Assembly: GCA_963796455.1 (NCBI GenBank) | Contig: CAWCLO010000001.1 | Span: 576,001 to 640,000, forward strand | Direction: 5' to 3' | Length of the DNA stretch: 64,000 nucleotides | Source of the DNA: Candidatus Sulfomarinibacteraceae bacterium | GTDB lineage: Bacteria; Acidobacteriota; Thermoanaerobaculia; Thermoanaerobaculales; Sulfomarinibacteraceae | Shown: positions 1 through 10,340 of the stretch, one piece after another | Position numbering within the stretch: the first letter of the stretch is position 1 | How the letters are laid out: the number at the start of each line of letters is the position of its first letter | Notes under the pieces: generated by a model | The model's input: the letters and a program-made list of their open reading frames with translations, nothing else | Told to the model about the DNA's origin: nothing | Databases searched by the model: none | Position numbers and translations under genes: made by a program

Positions 1-2
1 AA

Positions 3-866
3 GACTCCAAAGGAACCCGCGGTGATGCCGTCATCACCCTCGGCGGCGTCGGTGGTTTTGTCGGATCGGTACGGGTCGAACTCGTCGAATTACCGGTTGT
101 AGTGCTCGACGAACAGGGCGTACCCTTGGTAGGACTGGAAGAATCCGTATTCAGTGTCCGCGAGGACGCATCCGAGGTGGAGGTCGAAGGATTCGGCACC
201 ACCGAAGATTTGCCGTTGTCGCTGGCAATCGCCGTCGACACCTCGGGCTCGATGATCGAGGATTTTCCCAAGGTTCGGACCGCGGTTCGCGGCTTCACGG
301 ACCAATTGCTCAAACCCGGCGACCAGGCGGTCCTCATCCGCTTTTCGTGGGACGCCAATGTCCAGGTCTCGTGGACCGACAACATCCAGGCGCTGGTCGG
401 CACCCTCGACACCGTGCGACCGGACGGTGGCACATCGCTGCATGATGCCGTCGTGCGCTCGCTCGAACAGTTTCGCGGCCGCCGCGGCCGCCAGGCCGTC
501 GTGCTCCTGACCGACGGAGAAGACACAACATCACGGACCGGTTGGCAGGTGGCCGAGCGATTCGCGCACACGATGCGCATCCCGATCTTTTCGATCGGTC
601 TCGGTGTCGGCAAGCTCGATTTCGGGAGCCGCCGGGTACTCAAGGCCCTGGCGACAGAAACCGGCGGCGAGGCCTTTTTTCCAAAAACCGTCGATGAGCT
701 CCCCGCGGTTTATGACCGTATCGCCGAGTTGCTCCGGTCGCAATACCTCCTGTGGTACACCTCACCGTCAGACAAGCCCTATGAGCAGTTCCGGACAGTC
801 GAAGTAACAGTCGACAAACCTGGAGTCACCGTGAGGACGATTACGGGCTACTACCCGGGTAAATGA
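3..866 (+). CDS. VWA domain protein (VWFA-related acidobacterial type), 5'-partial
   Basis: Frame is open from the window start (DSKGTRGD...VELVELPVVVLD). MIDAS motif DTSGS, GGTSLHDA, LLTDGED, and C-terminal LRSQYLLWY. Confidence 0.85.
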   Translation, partial: DSKGTRGDAVITLGGVGGFVGSVRVELVELPVVVLDEQGVPLVGLEESVFSVREDASEVEVEGFGTTEDLPLSLAIAVDTSGSMIEDFPKVRTAVRGFTDQLLKPGDQAVLIRFSWDANVQVSWTDNIQALVGTLDTVRPDGGTSLHDAVVRSLEQFRGRRGRQAVVLLTDGEDTTSRTGWQVAERFAHTMRIPIFSIGLGVGKLDFGSRRVLKALATETGGEAFFPKTVDELPAVYDRIAELLRSQYLLWYTSPSDKPYEQFRTVEVTVDKPGVTVRTITGYYPGK

Positions 867-872
867 AATGAC

Positions 873-987
873 GACGGGCCAGCAGAGCTGGCCCAGTCGG
901 AATTTCATCCTGAGCGAGGGAGGTACGACCGAGTCGAAGGATCTCTCTTGACGGGCCAGCAGAGCTGGCCCAGTCGGAATTTCATCC
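873..987. repeat. 38-bp direct repeat x2 (873-910, 950-987) with internal hairpin GGGCCAGC-AGA-GCTGGCCC
   Basis: Identical copies of GACGGGCCAGCAGAGCTGGCCCAGTCGGAATTTCATCC separated by 39 bp. Confidence 0.9.
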
Positions 988-1052
988 CAGGATTTCGCCG
1001 AAACGTGTTGATCAGTCGATCAGGGTGACACGCTTCACGGTCGAAGCGATTG

Positions 1053-1103
1053 CGATGTTCTATCTGCGTCCATCTGCGTGATCTGCGGTTTCTCCTCGCG
1101 TCG
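1053..1103. repeat. Dispersed ATCTGCGT-unit repeat; related copies at ~45115-45148, ~54833-54884 (inverted) and ~44308-44335 (inverted, partial)
   Basis: Shared core ATCTGCGT(C/T)CATCTGCGTGATCTGCGGTTTCTCC. Confidence 0.85.
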
Positions 1104-1205
1104 GTCGTATACGGCTCAGCCTTCGGGCCTTGGCGAAACCATCACACCTGTCTTGGACCGATTCCGGGGGTGGGAATTCCTAATTCCCAATCCCTGATTC
1201 CTAAT

Positions 1206-4088
1206 TCAGAATCGCACCCCAATCCAGAAGTTCGTCTGGAAGCCGGTCAGCTGCTCTGAGAAGTCCCAGATTTTGACCCAATCCCAGTGCAAGGGGAGTC
1301 CAAAGAGGTTGAGGTCGAGACCAAAACCGTAGGACGACACACCATCCACCAGTCGCCAGTCCTCCATGAAGACATAAGGCGCACCGAACTGGTTGAATTT
1401 GTCACCATTGTCGTTTTCAAACCAGGCGCCACCGACATCGAGGAAGATACGGCCGCGGATCCCGCCCAACCTCAGGAAGGCGAAATCAACCCGATCGATG
1501 AGTGGGAAGCGCCACTCGAGATTGGTGAACCAGGTTCTGTTACCGGAAAGTGCGCGGGTAGGATATCCGCGAAGGGTGTCGAGACCACCAAAGGCGTAAA
1601 TCCACGGCTGGTTGCCGGCGGCCATTCCGACCCAGGCCCGGAAAGCGAACTCGCTACGTTGTGAGGTCGGTACATAGGCGCGGGCATCGATTTCGACGTT
1701 CTGAGTCAGGGTGCCGCCCTGGTCCATATCGTATCCGTAGTAATAACGGGCTTCCCAACGGGCCCCCTTGTGAGGTCCGTAGTTGTTCCAGAAGGTGGTA
1801 TCGCCGCTGGCTCCAACGCCGATATATGGGCTCTGGTTCTGGGTCGTCTGGAATTCGATCTCACCGGTGAAGGGGTTCTGTATCGGTTGATCATAACGTC
1901 GATCGAGATAGCCGCCGCGGGCCGACAATCGGTAATAGGTGCTCAGGGGATACTGAATCGTGAATTCCCCGGCGGTAAAGCGATAGAGCTGCTCCTTTCC
2001 AGTCACCCGGAACGTCAACGGATCGTATCCCGTGATGTAGTACGAGCGGCTGTCATAGATCGACGCTCCCCATTTGAGCCGCGGTTCGAGGTTGAAATAA
2101 CTGACCGCAAAATTCGAAAAGGTGTCGATGCTGTCGAGGAATATCTGGATTCGGCGGTCCCCGTACTGATCGGAGAGCGTGATATAGGCCTGACCCAGGA
2201 TCTGGCTGGCCGTGTCGACGCCGATATATGCCCCGGCGTCCTCGAGGAAGAACTTCCGTCCCTTGAGCTTTTCGCCCTTCTCCGGATCGACAGCGATGCT
2301 CACCGCCGGTACGAACTCAGCGAGCTCGATTGTCTCGGACGGTGGTTCGGAGATACCGACGCTCTCACCTTGGTTGGCGTCGGTGCCGTACAGGCCCCAG
2401 ATGCCGTTCGAATAGGCCTGAAATCCGATCCGCTCACCCTCGGGTGATGTCCCGACCACCGGGTTCATCGCGGCCCCGATCACATATGTCATCCGAGTCA
2501 TCTCGCGGGTGTCGATGTCGAGGCGATAAATGTCGTAGACGCCGCCCTCACGATCCGAGGAGAAATACAGTCGATTCCCGTCGGGAGAGAAGACCGCACC
2601 TTCGTCCTGGCCCGGGCCGAAGGTCAGCTGTTCGCGCTTCGATGGATCTGCCATATTGAGCCCGATCAACTTACCCGCCCCGCCGCGAGCCGAGGTGTAG
2701 ACCATCTGGGTTCCGTCCGGAGAGAATGCCGGGGAAGCGTCGTATTCGGGATCGTTGGTGAAATTCCTGACCTCGCCGGTCTCGAGATCGAGGAAGTAAA
2801 TATCGAATTGGCCGTTAGACACCGCGTGAAAGGCCACATGTCGGCCGTCAGGGGTAAAGGCCGGTTGCGACGGCTGATCGACCGGCATTTCGATCGGAAA
2901 TTTGCGGTAGATTCCACCTTTTCGAACATCAAGCAACAGGAGAGATCTCACCCTCTCGGTCCGGGCAAAGACGGCGACATAGTTGCCATCGGGCGAAAAA
3001 GCGAGGTCGCGTCCCTCCGATGGTGCAGTCGTCAGCCCCTGGGCGACCAGGTACTGATACTTGGTGGTCATTCCTTTGGTGAGGTTTTTGTACAGGGTCC
3101 GGTCCGGAATCCCGAAAATAGCCACATCCACGTCCCGCTTGTAGGTGGTGAATGCGGCGACAAGATCGCCGGATGGAGAAATCGCCGGCGAGGTCTGATT
3201 CGAGTTCACAAAGCCCGGCACGCGGAACTTCTGTCCGAACTCACCCGGCACTCCGCGATCGGCGTAGTCCTTGTACCTCCTTCTCAACCAGGTCCTGAAG
3301 GCGGCGTCGAATTCCTCGGGATTCATGTTGAGGACCTTGTCGAGAGGTTTGCCGACCTGCCCGCCGAAATTGCCGCGGAAAGAAAAGACGAAGTCCCTTA
3401 CGACATCTTCGCCCCATTCCTCTTCGATGAACTCGAAGACCTTGTGGCCGTACCGATACGCGAGGAAACCGTTTGGCGCTCTGTGGATGGAGGGCACCTG
3501 GTCCGACATCGCGGCATCCCGAAGATAGATCTCGTCCCGCGTCGTTTCATCGTCTCCATAATAGGACGCCATGCCCTCCATGAACCACAGTGGCGGCCGC
3601 GCATAGATGGCTCGGCCTCTCCTGCCGCCAAAAAAGATTTCGTACTGAAAAATATGGGTCAGCTCGTGCTGAATAAGCGCCTGGAGCTCGCGATCCGGCA
3701 GGTCGACGGGCAACACCATTCGATTCCGGACCGGTGTTGCAAAAGCACCCACACCCTCAGGGATGAAACCAACGATGATATTCGTCTGTTCGAACTCGGC
3801 ATGGTTCGCATAGATGATCATCGGAACCGGTTTCAGGATCTGGTAGTTCAGCTTCCGGGCGATGTCGTCATAGGCGCTCTCCGCGTAGGATGCCACCTTT
3901 TCCAACATCGGCACAGTCCGGTCGTAATAAGAGATCTTGAAATGCGGCGTGGTGTATATGTACCAGTCGAACTTGTCCCACCGAACTTTGTTCTTGCCAC
4001 CTACATAGGGGTTGTAGGGATTCAACTGGGCCGCCACCGGCAAAGCGGCAAACAGCACGGCCACAAGGATTTTCAACCACAGTCTCAT
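1206..4088 (-). CDS. Exported peptidase MA-like / PD40 (TolB-like) beta-propeller / Omp85-type barrel protein
   Basis: Signal peptide. HELTH plus WFMEGMASY (gluzincin-like). Repeated SPAFSPDG PD40 motifs. C-terminal FGGLDTLRGY, FLDVGGAW and terminal VRF. Confidence 0.8.
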   Translation of the reverse strand: MRLWLKILVAVLFAALPVAAQLNPYNPYVGGKNKVRWDKFDWYIYTTPHFKISYYDRTVPMLEKVASYAESAYDDIARKLNYQILKPVPMIIYANHAEFEQTNIIVGFIPEGVGAFATPVRNRMVLPVDLPDRELQALIQHELTHIFQYEIFFGGRRGRAIYARPPLWFMEGMASYYGDDETTRDEIYLRDAAMSDQVPSIHRAPNGFLAYRYGHKVFEFIEEEWGEDVVRDFVFSFRGNFGGQVGKPLDKVLNMNPEEFDAAFRTWLRRRYKDYADRGVPGEFGQKFRVPGFVNSNQTSPAISPSGDLVAAFTTYKRDVDVAIFGIPDRTLYKNLTKGMTTKYQYLVAQGLTTAPSEGRDLAFSPDGNYVAVFARTERVRSLLLLDVRKGGIYRKFPIEMPVDQPSQPAFTPDGRHVAFHAVSNGQFDIYFLDLETGEVRNFTNDPEYDASPAFSPDGTQMVYTSARGGAGKLIGLNMADPSKREQLTFGPGQDEGAVFSPDGNRLYFSSDREGGVYDIYRLDIDTREMTRMTYVIGAAMNPVVGTSPEGERIGFQAYSNGIWGLYGTDANQGESVGISEPPSETIELAEFVPAVSIAVDPEKGEKLKGRKFFLEDAGAYIGVDTASQILGQAYITLSDQYGDRRIQIFLDSIDTFSNFAVSYFNLEPRLKWGASIYDSRSYYITGYDPLTFRVTGKEQLYRFTAGEFTIQYPLSTYYRLSARGGYLDRRYDQPIQNPFTGEIEFQTTQNQSPYIGVGASGDTTFWNNYGPHKGARWEARYYYGYDMDQGGTLTQNVEIDARAYVPTSQRSEFAFRAWVGMAAGNQPWIYAFGGLDTLRGYPTRALSGNRTWFTNLEWRFPLIDRVDFAFLRLGGIRGRIFLDVGGAWFENDNGDKFNQFGAPYVFMEDWRLVDGVSSYGFGLDLNLFGLPLHWDWVKIWDFSEQLTGFQTNFWIGVRF

Positions 4089-4179
4089 ATCTTTCCTCCA
4101 CCTCGTCCCGGTGTTTGTTCCGGAAAACGGGGCCGGCCCAAACGATCCATCGATCCGATCTCCTCAACCATCGATCGTC

Positions 4180-4872
4180 TCAATTGGTATATAGGGATCG
4201 TTTGACCTGCACCGATCGCGGCACGAAGATCCCAATCAGTCGATTCTGCAGGGTATAGAGGTCGGTGAACATATCCGTGTATTCCTCGAGTTTACGTTCG
4301 TTCTCGGGTTTGAAATCGGTGATCTGCTCACGGTGAATCACGTCGCCCGTCGAGCCTTCGACCACAACCAAAAGAATGTCGTAATTGAAGCCCGTTTCTT
4401 CCACCAGAACCTGCCTGAAGTAGGTCTTGCCATCCTGTGGAGACACGTACTCCTCGGTCGTATATCCGGCCCGATCCAGGACCTTGACGTCGATCGAGGC
4501 CGCAACGATGAGGTCGGCATTCGTGCTGTCGTGGATACCGATCCAAAAATCCGATTGTTCGGTCAGGGCACCGAGATGTTCAGTCGGTGCCTGGATATCG
4601 TCGCTCTTTGGCAACAAACGCAGTTCGGCCTCACGGCGCAGCACTTTTCGGAGATAGATCTCGAATTCGCGGGCGGCTGTCAAATCCACCGATTGGATGT
4701 CCTCGCCCTCTCGTGGTTCGATCAGAATCGGCCCGACGTAGATCGACTCGGTGCCATCCACGGGAAGTTCCGGTTTGAGTTTCAAAACCATCCGGACTTC
4801 CCGAGCGCCGGCACCGCAAACCGAGGCGACGACGAGGGCGATAAAAAAGAACTGAAATGCCTTACTGCGCAT
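4180..4872 (-). CDS. Exported hypothetical protein
   Basis: Signal-peptide-like N-terminus; overlaps the TPR gene end in an operon-like arrangement. Confidence 0.7.
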   Translation of the reverse strand: MRSKAFQFFFIALVVASVCGAGAREVRMVLKLKPELPVDGTESIYVGPILIEPREGEDIQSVDLTAAREFEIYLRKVLRREAELRLLPKSDDIQAPTEHLGALTEQSDFWIGIHDSTNADLIVAASIDVKVLDRAGYTTEEYVSPQDGKTYFRQVLVEETGFNYDILLVVVEGSTGDVIHREQITDFKPENERKLEEYTDMFTDLYTLQNRLIGIFVPRSVQVKRSLYTN

Positions 4873-5266
4873 CTTCCACCTCCTCGTCCTCCTTGGCCTC
4901 CTTGATTTCTATTTCTTCCGGAGGGGCGACGTAGGCGGAATAGAACTCCTGAAATCGCGCATAGTTTCGCTGCAGCGACCCGTTACCAGGGGCAAGCGTA
5001 AGCCCGGTCTGATAGGTCAGCAGCGCCTGTTCAAATAACCCGAGAGCCTCTTGCGCGACCGCGATGTTGTTGAGGATCCGTGGTTGATCCGGGGTCAGTT
5101 CGTTGGCGTGCTCAAATCTCATGAGGGCCTCCTGCCAATAGCCGCGCCTGGCGGCTTTGTACCCCCACTCCATATCTGCCTCGGCCTCCTTCGCTGACCC
5201 GTCACCTGCAACCGCCGTGCCAAAAGCCGCTATCGCGAAGAAAATGATGGTTGCAACTTTCAACAT
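4862..5266 (-). CDS. Tetratricopeptide repeat protein
   Basis: Signal peptide then TPR pattern (YWQEALMRFEHANELTPDQPRILNNIAVA). Start moved to the ATG at 5266. Confidence 0.75.
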   Translation of the reverse strand: MLKVATIIFFAIAAFGTAVAGDGSAKEAEADMEWGYKAARRGYWQEALMRFEHANELTPDQPRILNNIAVAQEALGLFEQALLTYQTGLTLAPGNGSLQRNYARFQEFYSAYVAPPEEIEIKEAKEDEEVEDAQ

Positions 5267-5340
5267 TGATATCTTTCGTCCGCCCACGGGGCACTCCCTC
5301 TCGGTTTCTTGTCCGTGGTCTATTCCACGGCGATGTTGAT

Positions 5341-7962
5341 TCATTTTCCCGCCGGATAGTAACCGGAAATGGTGCGCACCTTGACGCCCTTTCGGTCGAC
5401 TTCGACCTTGATCTTGCGTAACTGATCTGCAGGTTGTTCGGAATTCGAGGTGTAGGCGATCAGATACTGAGTTCTCAGTTCACCATTGATCTCTTCGTAA
5501 ATTGCATCGAGCTCGGATTTCTCCGAGACAAAGAAGGCCTTCCCTCCGGTGGCGCCCGCCAACTTGTTGAATTGATACCTGGTGGTGACATTCGTGACCG
5601 GAATATCGATTCCGATCGTATAGATGGTCACACCCATCCGTTGCGCGTAGCCGAGAGCATCCGAAAACTCGTTTTCGGAAACCGTGTCTTCACCGTCGCT
5701 CAGCAAGACCATCGCCCTTCGCCCGGTAACGCCTGAAAACTGGAACAACCCCATGATGATCGCGTCATAGAGCGCAGTCTCACGATCGGCATACAACGCA
5801 AGCAGCGCATTTTCAATGATCGTCAAATCGGCAGTGAAGCCCGCCAGCATGTCGGGGCGATCAGAAAAGGTCTCGATATACGCACGATCTCGCGGTCTGA
5901 GAAGGTCGCGCAGAAAGCCCATCACCACTCGTTGAACGGTTGGCAGCGTCGCAGTCATCGAACCCGAAGTGTCAATCACGATCCCCATGCGCACCGGGAG
6001 ATCGCGGTGCAGCGAGAAGTGCGAAATCTCCTGTTGAACCTTGTTTTCCAGGATCGTGAAATCGTCCGCCGTCAAATCCGTTACCGGACGACCCTGGCGA
6101 TCGAGCACCGTCACCGGCAATTCGACCGCCGTGACCTCGACCACGGTGCCGAACTGAGGCGAGTTGACAAACTGGATATCCTCCGCCTGCGCATCGTTTT
6201 CCAAGGTGGCGAGGGCACGAAGATAACCAAATTGTTCGGTCGTGTTCAGCACCACCGACATTTCGTACGGAGCATCGTGAATCGTCGCCAGCGGTTCGTC
6301 ATTCCAATAGAACTCGAGCCGGTCGAGTTTTTCATCGGAGGGAATGTTGAGTTCAGCAGCCACCCGGACGCGACCGGCTCCCTGGTCCTCGGCGGGAGTG
6401 ATAGGTTTGAGCTTGACGTAAAACCGCTCCCTGCCGACGTTGACCGTGTAGCCGTCCCGGGCGATCTCCTGCCCGTCTTCGTCGTAACCGATGACTGTGA
6501 CTGCTGTCAGCTTCGGCAGCGGTCCGAGATTGATGTCGATGTCGAAAGGCGGTCGATTCTTGGTCAGAACCAACTCACTATCGAGGAAGAACATCACTTT
6601 CTGAACCTCGGGGCGCGCCAGGGCCTCGAAGCGATGGATCCCGCTGACCGCATCGCCTTCCGGGCCGACCAACTGAAGGGTCGGTCGTTCCTCCTCGACC
6701 TCCGGCTCGTAGGTCAGACCGGAGTCGTTTGCCACCATCATGCCCGCACCGTATTCGGCTTCGAATTCTTCGTAGTCGTCATCGGCCTCGATCGCCGCCA
6801 ACGATCGATCGACTGTGAAATTGAATTCCTCGATGGACCCGTGCTTGGAGTGCACATCCTCCACCTTCAGTCGCAGACGATAGTCTCCCGGCCTCACAAA
6901 ACGATCGAGCAACAGACCGACCCGATCCCCCGCATGCGGCACCGAGAAGAGATAACGAAAACGATCGACCATGATTTCCGCGCCGCTGGTGATTTCTCCA
7001 ACAACATCCAGTTGCACCACCTCGATGTCACCAACAGGGGTCGTGCCAAGCCCCTCCACATCGACATCGATCGCGAATCCGACCTCGACCAGGCCGCCGC
7101 GAGCCGCACGTGCGCTGTTCTCGATCTCAAAAGCCAGCGGCTCGGCGTCATCATCAAGCAACGCCGAAAACTCCATGAATCTGGCCGATGTGGATTCCAT
7201 GCCCATGCGTTCGTCGGTCTGGACGTGGTGCATATAACGAAGGTAATTGGGCTCCCTGCTCCAGATCTCCGCCGCCTTCAACAAGCGCATGGTCACATCG
7301 CCATTCGGACAGCGGTACTGAGGCGTTTCGAGAATATTATCCGGTCGATACTGGCCGATTCCATAGCGGCTTTCCGCGCCGACGCTGTTGTACAACCTCT
7401 GAATGCCATCCATGTCGGTCCACATCCGCCATCGATTGAGCATCATGGGCTCGAAGAAAAGCACCACGACATCTTCACCGATACCTTCGATATACGGCCA
7501 GATCCAGAAATCCATATTAGTGAAAATGGATCTGCAGTTGGGGTCGTGGCGACCGGCCGGCGGCCCATGCAACAGCAGCACCCGCGCCCGGTCCTCCATG
7601 GTGTTTCCGAACTCCGAACGCGCGATTGCAAGGCGGTCTTCATACATGTTGCGGAACGAGCCACCAAATCCCGATTGCCGTCCCCACAAAATCCACAAGC
7701 GCTCCGCAAAGGCCTTGCGTTGCGAATCGGTTTCGAGGGACAGAAAAGCCTGTCGTTGTTCCTTGGTGATGAGCGGGTAGACCTCTTCCTCCAACCAGAC
7801 GTGCCAGTGCAGGGGGAGGTGAGCCAGTTGCTCGGATTGTTCCTGTTTCTTGCTCTTCTTTTTATTCTTGTCGCTTGCGTCGGAAACGCTCCCAAAAATG
7901 AGCATGAGAGTCAGAGCAACTGCGGTGATCCGAATCATCCGTGCTCTTCTCTTCTTTGTCAC
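5341..7962 (-). CDS. GWxTD-like domain / Ig-like / VWA fusion protein
   Basis: WLEEEVYPLITKEQRQAFLSL and DRARVLLLHGPP resemble the GWxTD domain. C-terminal VWA with DTSGS and LSDGED. GTG start follows AGGAGG (ATG at 7938 is an alternative). Confidence 0.75.
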   Translation of the reverse strand: MTKKRRARMIRITAVALTLMLIFGSVSDASDKNKKKSKKQEQSEQLAHLPLHWHVWLEEEVYPLITKEQRQAFLSLETDSQRKAFAERLWILWGRQSGFGGSFRNMYEDRLAIARSEFGNTMEDRARVLLLHGPPAGRHDPNCRSIFTNMDFWIWPYIEGIGEDVVVLFFEPMMLNRWRMWTDMDGIQRLYNSVGAESRYGIGQYRPDNILETPQYRCPNGDVTMRLLKAAEIWSREPNYLRYMHHVQTDERMGMESTSARFMEFSALLDDDAEPLAFEIENSARAARGGLVEVGFAIDVDVEGLGTTPVGDIEVVQLDVVGEITSGAEIMVDRFRYLFSVPHAGDRVGLLLDRFVRPGDYRLRLKVEDVHSKHGSIEEFNFTVDRSLAAIEADDDYEEFEAEYGAGMMVANDSGLTYEPEVEEERPTLQLVGPEGDAVSGIHRFEALARPEVQKVMFFLDSELVLTKNRPPFDIDINLGPLPKLTAVTVIGYDEDGQEIARDGYTVNVGRERFYVKLKPITPAEDQGAGRVRVAAELNIPSDEKLDRLEFYWNDEPLATIHDAPYEMSVVLNTTEQFGYLRALATLENDAQAEDIQFVNSPQFGTVVEVTAVELPVTVLDRQGRPVTDLTADDFTILENKVQQEISHFSLHRDLPVRMGIVIDTSGSMTATLPTVQRVVMGFLRDLLRPRDRAYIETFSDRPDMLAGFTADLTIIENALLALYADRETALYDAIIMGLFQFSGVTGRRAMVLLSDGEDTVSENEFSDALGYAQRMGVTIYTIGIDIPVTNVTTRYQFNKLAGATGGKAFFVSEKSELDAIYEEINGELRTQYLIAYTSNSEQPADQLRKIKVEVDRKGVKVRTISGYYPAGK

Positions 7963-8264
7963 GACCGCCTCCTGCGGTCGGCAAAATGGACTCGGAGAGA
8001 TCGATTCATTTGACGACATTCCCTGGATCACCTCAATAGGGTAGCGCGGATTGCAGCACCGTCCAGTAGGTGCGCCGCATCTGTTGGTTACGCGACTCGT
8101 GTCCACCTTTCGAAATGCACTTTCCATGCCTCTCCGCATCCCGTTGGTCTCGAATATGCAACATCAAAATGGCCGGTTACCTTTCCACTTCTCTAATAGT
8201 ACGGACACCATAACGCGAAGTTGTCTCGAAATTGTCCCAGAAGTGTCGCGAGTTGTCATGGAAA

Positions 8265-8298
8265 GGGGCTTGGGGCTTGGGGCTGGGGCTTGGGGCTT
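8265..8298. repeat. (GGGGCTT)n heptamer array
   Basis: About 5 units; the same unit recurs at ~54640-54660. Confidence 0.85.
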
Positions 8299-8392
8299 CA
8301 AAGGACCGCCACCGAGTCGGTGGAGGTCAAGTCCCAGGCATCACCCCTCAAGCCGAAGCGACACGGTACCAGGCGTTGCCTGGCCGTCGCTT

Positions 8393-10060
8393 TCAGGTCT
8401 GGAGCACCCCTACCTTGAAATCGGGGATATCCGGTTGATTCGCCGAGGCGGCGATCGCGCGGGCCAGGCAATCGCGGGTGTCGCGCGGATCGATGATCTC
8501 GTCGACCCACATTCTGGCCGCAGCGTAGCGAGGGTCATTGGTCGCGTCATACCGTGCCTGGATCTCGGCAAGCAGTTTGCCACGCTCCTCCTCGGAGACA
8601 TCCTTGCCGCGGTTTTTGAGCTGAATGGCAAGGAGAGTCTCGGAGGCTTGCTGCCCCCCCATCACCGCGATCGTTGCCGACGGCCAGGCAAAGTAGAACC
8701 TCGCGCCATAGGCGCGACCGCACATGGCGTAGTTGCCTGCGCCGAAGGAGTTGCCGACAAAAACTGTGAATTTCGGCACCACCGAGTTGGCCACAACGTT
8801 GACCATTTTTGCGCCGTCCTTGATGATCCCGTCGCGTTCGGATTTGGACCCCACCATGAAACCGGTGACATCCTGGAGAAAGACGATCGGAATCCCCTTC
8901 TGGTTCATCAGCTCGACGAAGCGCGCGCCTTTGTCGGCGGAATCGGAGTAGATCACTCCACCGATCTGGGTTTCCTGCTCGTTGTCCGCCAGACCACGCC
9001 GACGTTTCACGATCTGGCGTTGATTGGCCACGACGCCGACCGCCCAGCCATCGATACGGCCTGTGCCGCATATCAGCGTCTTCCCGTAGGTCGCCTTGTA
9101 CTCGGTGAACTCGGACCCGTCGAGCAACACCGCGATCAGATCGCGCATGTCATAGGGGCGAGCACGGTCGGCCGGAAGCAGACCGAGCAGATCTTCGGGC
9201 TCACCCAGCGGAGGCCGCGCCTCGACGCGATCGAAGGGCGCTCTGGCGGGCCGCGCCAGCTCGCCGATCCGAGAGCGGATGTGATCGATGGCCGCCTCGT
9301 CGTCGGGGAAACGGTCATCGACCACCCCGGAAATATCCACCTGGACCTCGGCACCACCCAGTTCCTGGTTGTCCATTCGCTCACCGATCGCCGCCTGGAC
9401 CAGATGAGCCCCGGCCAGAAAAATTGTCCCGTTGCCCTCGACGATAAGTGCCTCATCGGACATGATCGGGAGGTAGGCACCGCCGGCGACGCAGGACCCG
9501 AGGATGGCGGAGATCTGATAGATGCCCTGGGCGGAGAGACGGGCGTTGTTGTAGAACACACGACCAAAATGCTCGCGATCGGGGAAAATCTCATCCTGCA
9601 TCGGCAGAAAAACACCGGCCGAGTCCACCAGGTAGATCAATGGGAGCCGGTTCTCCATCGCGATCTCCTGGGCCCGGAGGATTTTTTTGCAGGTAATCGG
9701 AAACCAGGCACCGGCTTTGACCGTTGCGTCATTGGCGACCACCATGCATTCGCGCCCACGCACCATGCCGAGGCCGACGACAACTCCCGCCGATGGAGCA
9801 CCGCCCCACTCTTCGTACATCTCCCAACCCGCAAAGGCACCGATTTCCAGCAACCTCGTCCCGTCGTCGATCAAGACCTCGATTCGTTCCCGGGCCAGGA
9901 GTTTGCCCTTCTTTTTCTGTTTTTCTGCCGCCTTTTCGCCACCGCCCACGGCGATGCCCTTTTTCTGGGCCTCGAGAATCCGCAACTCGTTGCGCCAGTG
10001 ATCGCGGTTGGTCTCGAAGGCGATATTCTTATTCGGTGTGTGATCGAGGACCTTGGACAT
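8393..10060 (-). CDS. Acyl-CoA carboxylase carboxyltransferase (beta) subunit, methylcrotonyl-CoA carboxylase-like
   Basis: ANDATVKAGAW, YLVDSAGVFLP, GSCVAGGAY, QDVTGFMVG, AVMGGQQA. AAGGAG RBS before the ATG. Confidence 0.92.
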   Translation of the reverse strand: MSKVLDHTPNKNIAFETNRDHWRNELRILEAQKKGIAVGGGEKAAEKQKKKGKLLARERIEVLIDDGTRLLEIGAFAGWEMYEEWGGAPSAGVVVGLGMVRGRECMVVANDATVKAGAWFPITCKKILRAQEIAMENRLPLIYLVDSAGVFLPMQDEIFPDREHFGRVFYNNARLSAQGIYQISAILGSCVAGGAYLPIMSDEALIVEGNGTIFLAGAHLVQAAIGERMDNQELGGAEVQVDISGVVDDRFPDDEAAIDHIRSRIGELARPARAPFDRVEARPPLGEPEDLLGLLPADRARPYDMRDLIAVLLDGSEFTEYKATYGKTLICGTGRIDGWAVGVVANQRQIVKRRRGLADNEQETQIGGVIYSDSADKGARFVELMNQKGIPIVFLQDVTGFMVGSKSERDGIIKDGAKMVNVVANSVVPKFTVFVGNSFGAGNYAMCGRAYGARFYFAWPSATIAVMGGQQASETLLAIQLKNRGKDVSEEERGKLLAEIQARYDATNDPRYAAARMWVDEIIDPRDTRDCLARAIAASANQPDIPDFKVGVLQT

Positions 10061-10135
10061 GGGCACTCCTTGTTTCGGTATTGTACGCCTACTCCGAGTA
10101 CGCGGCAGCCAGGACGCAGTACTCAGGGCGTGAGT

Positions 10136-10228
10136 TCGCTATCGCAATCGCTATCGGAATCGCTATCGAAAAATTGGACGATCAACCTCACCGCCGATAG
10201 CGATAGCGATCCCGATAGCGATAGCGAT
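10136..10228. repeat. Inverted pair of hexamer arrays (TCGCTA)n ... (CGATAG)n
   Basis: 10136-10168 and 10195-10228 are mutually complementary arrays. Confidence 0.85.
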
Positions 10229-10340
10229 TTCCAGTTCCGGTATATCTGCGATATCTACGGAGAGCCCAGGGCCGACCTTTTCACGGCGTAGTGCGTAGCA
10301 CGAAGCCGGATGGTAAACTCCCCCTTCGATCGGAGATCTC

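Noticed and set aside
873..987. CRISPR array
   Set aside because: Only two repeats, no cas genes, no AT-rich leader, and the spacer looks like an intergenic palindrome.
2808..10291. Long plus-strand ORFs 2808-4205, 5932-8013 and 8051-10291 (and similar shadows at 11081-12793, 27844-29154, 48067-49497, 52072-53556, 59501-60553)
   Set aside because: They are antisense shadows of well-supported genes in GC-rich DNA and show no recognisable motifs.
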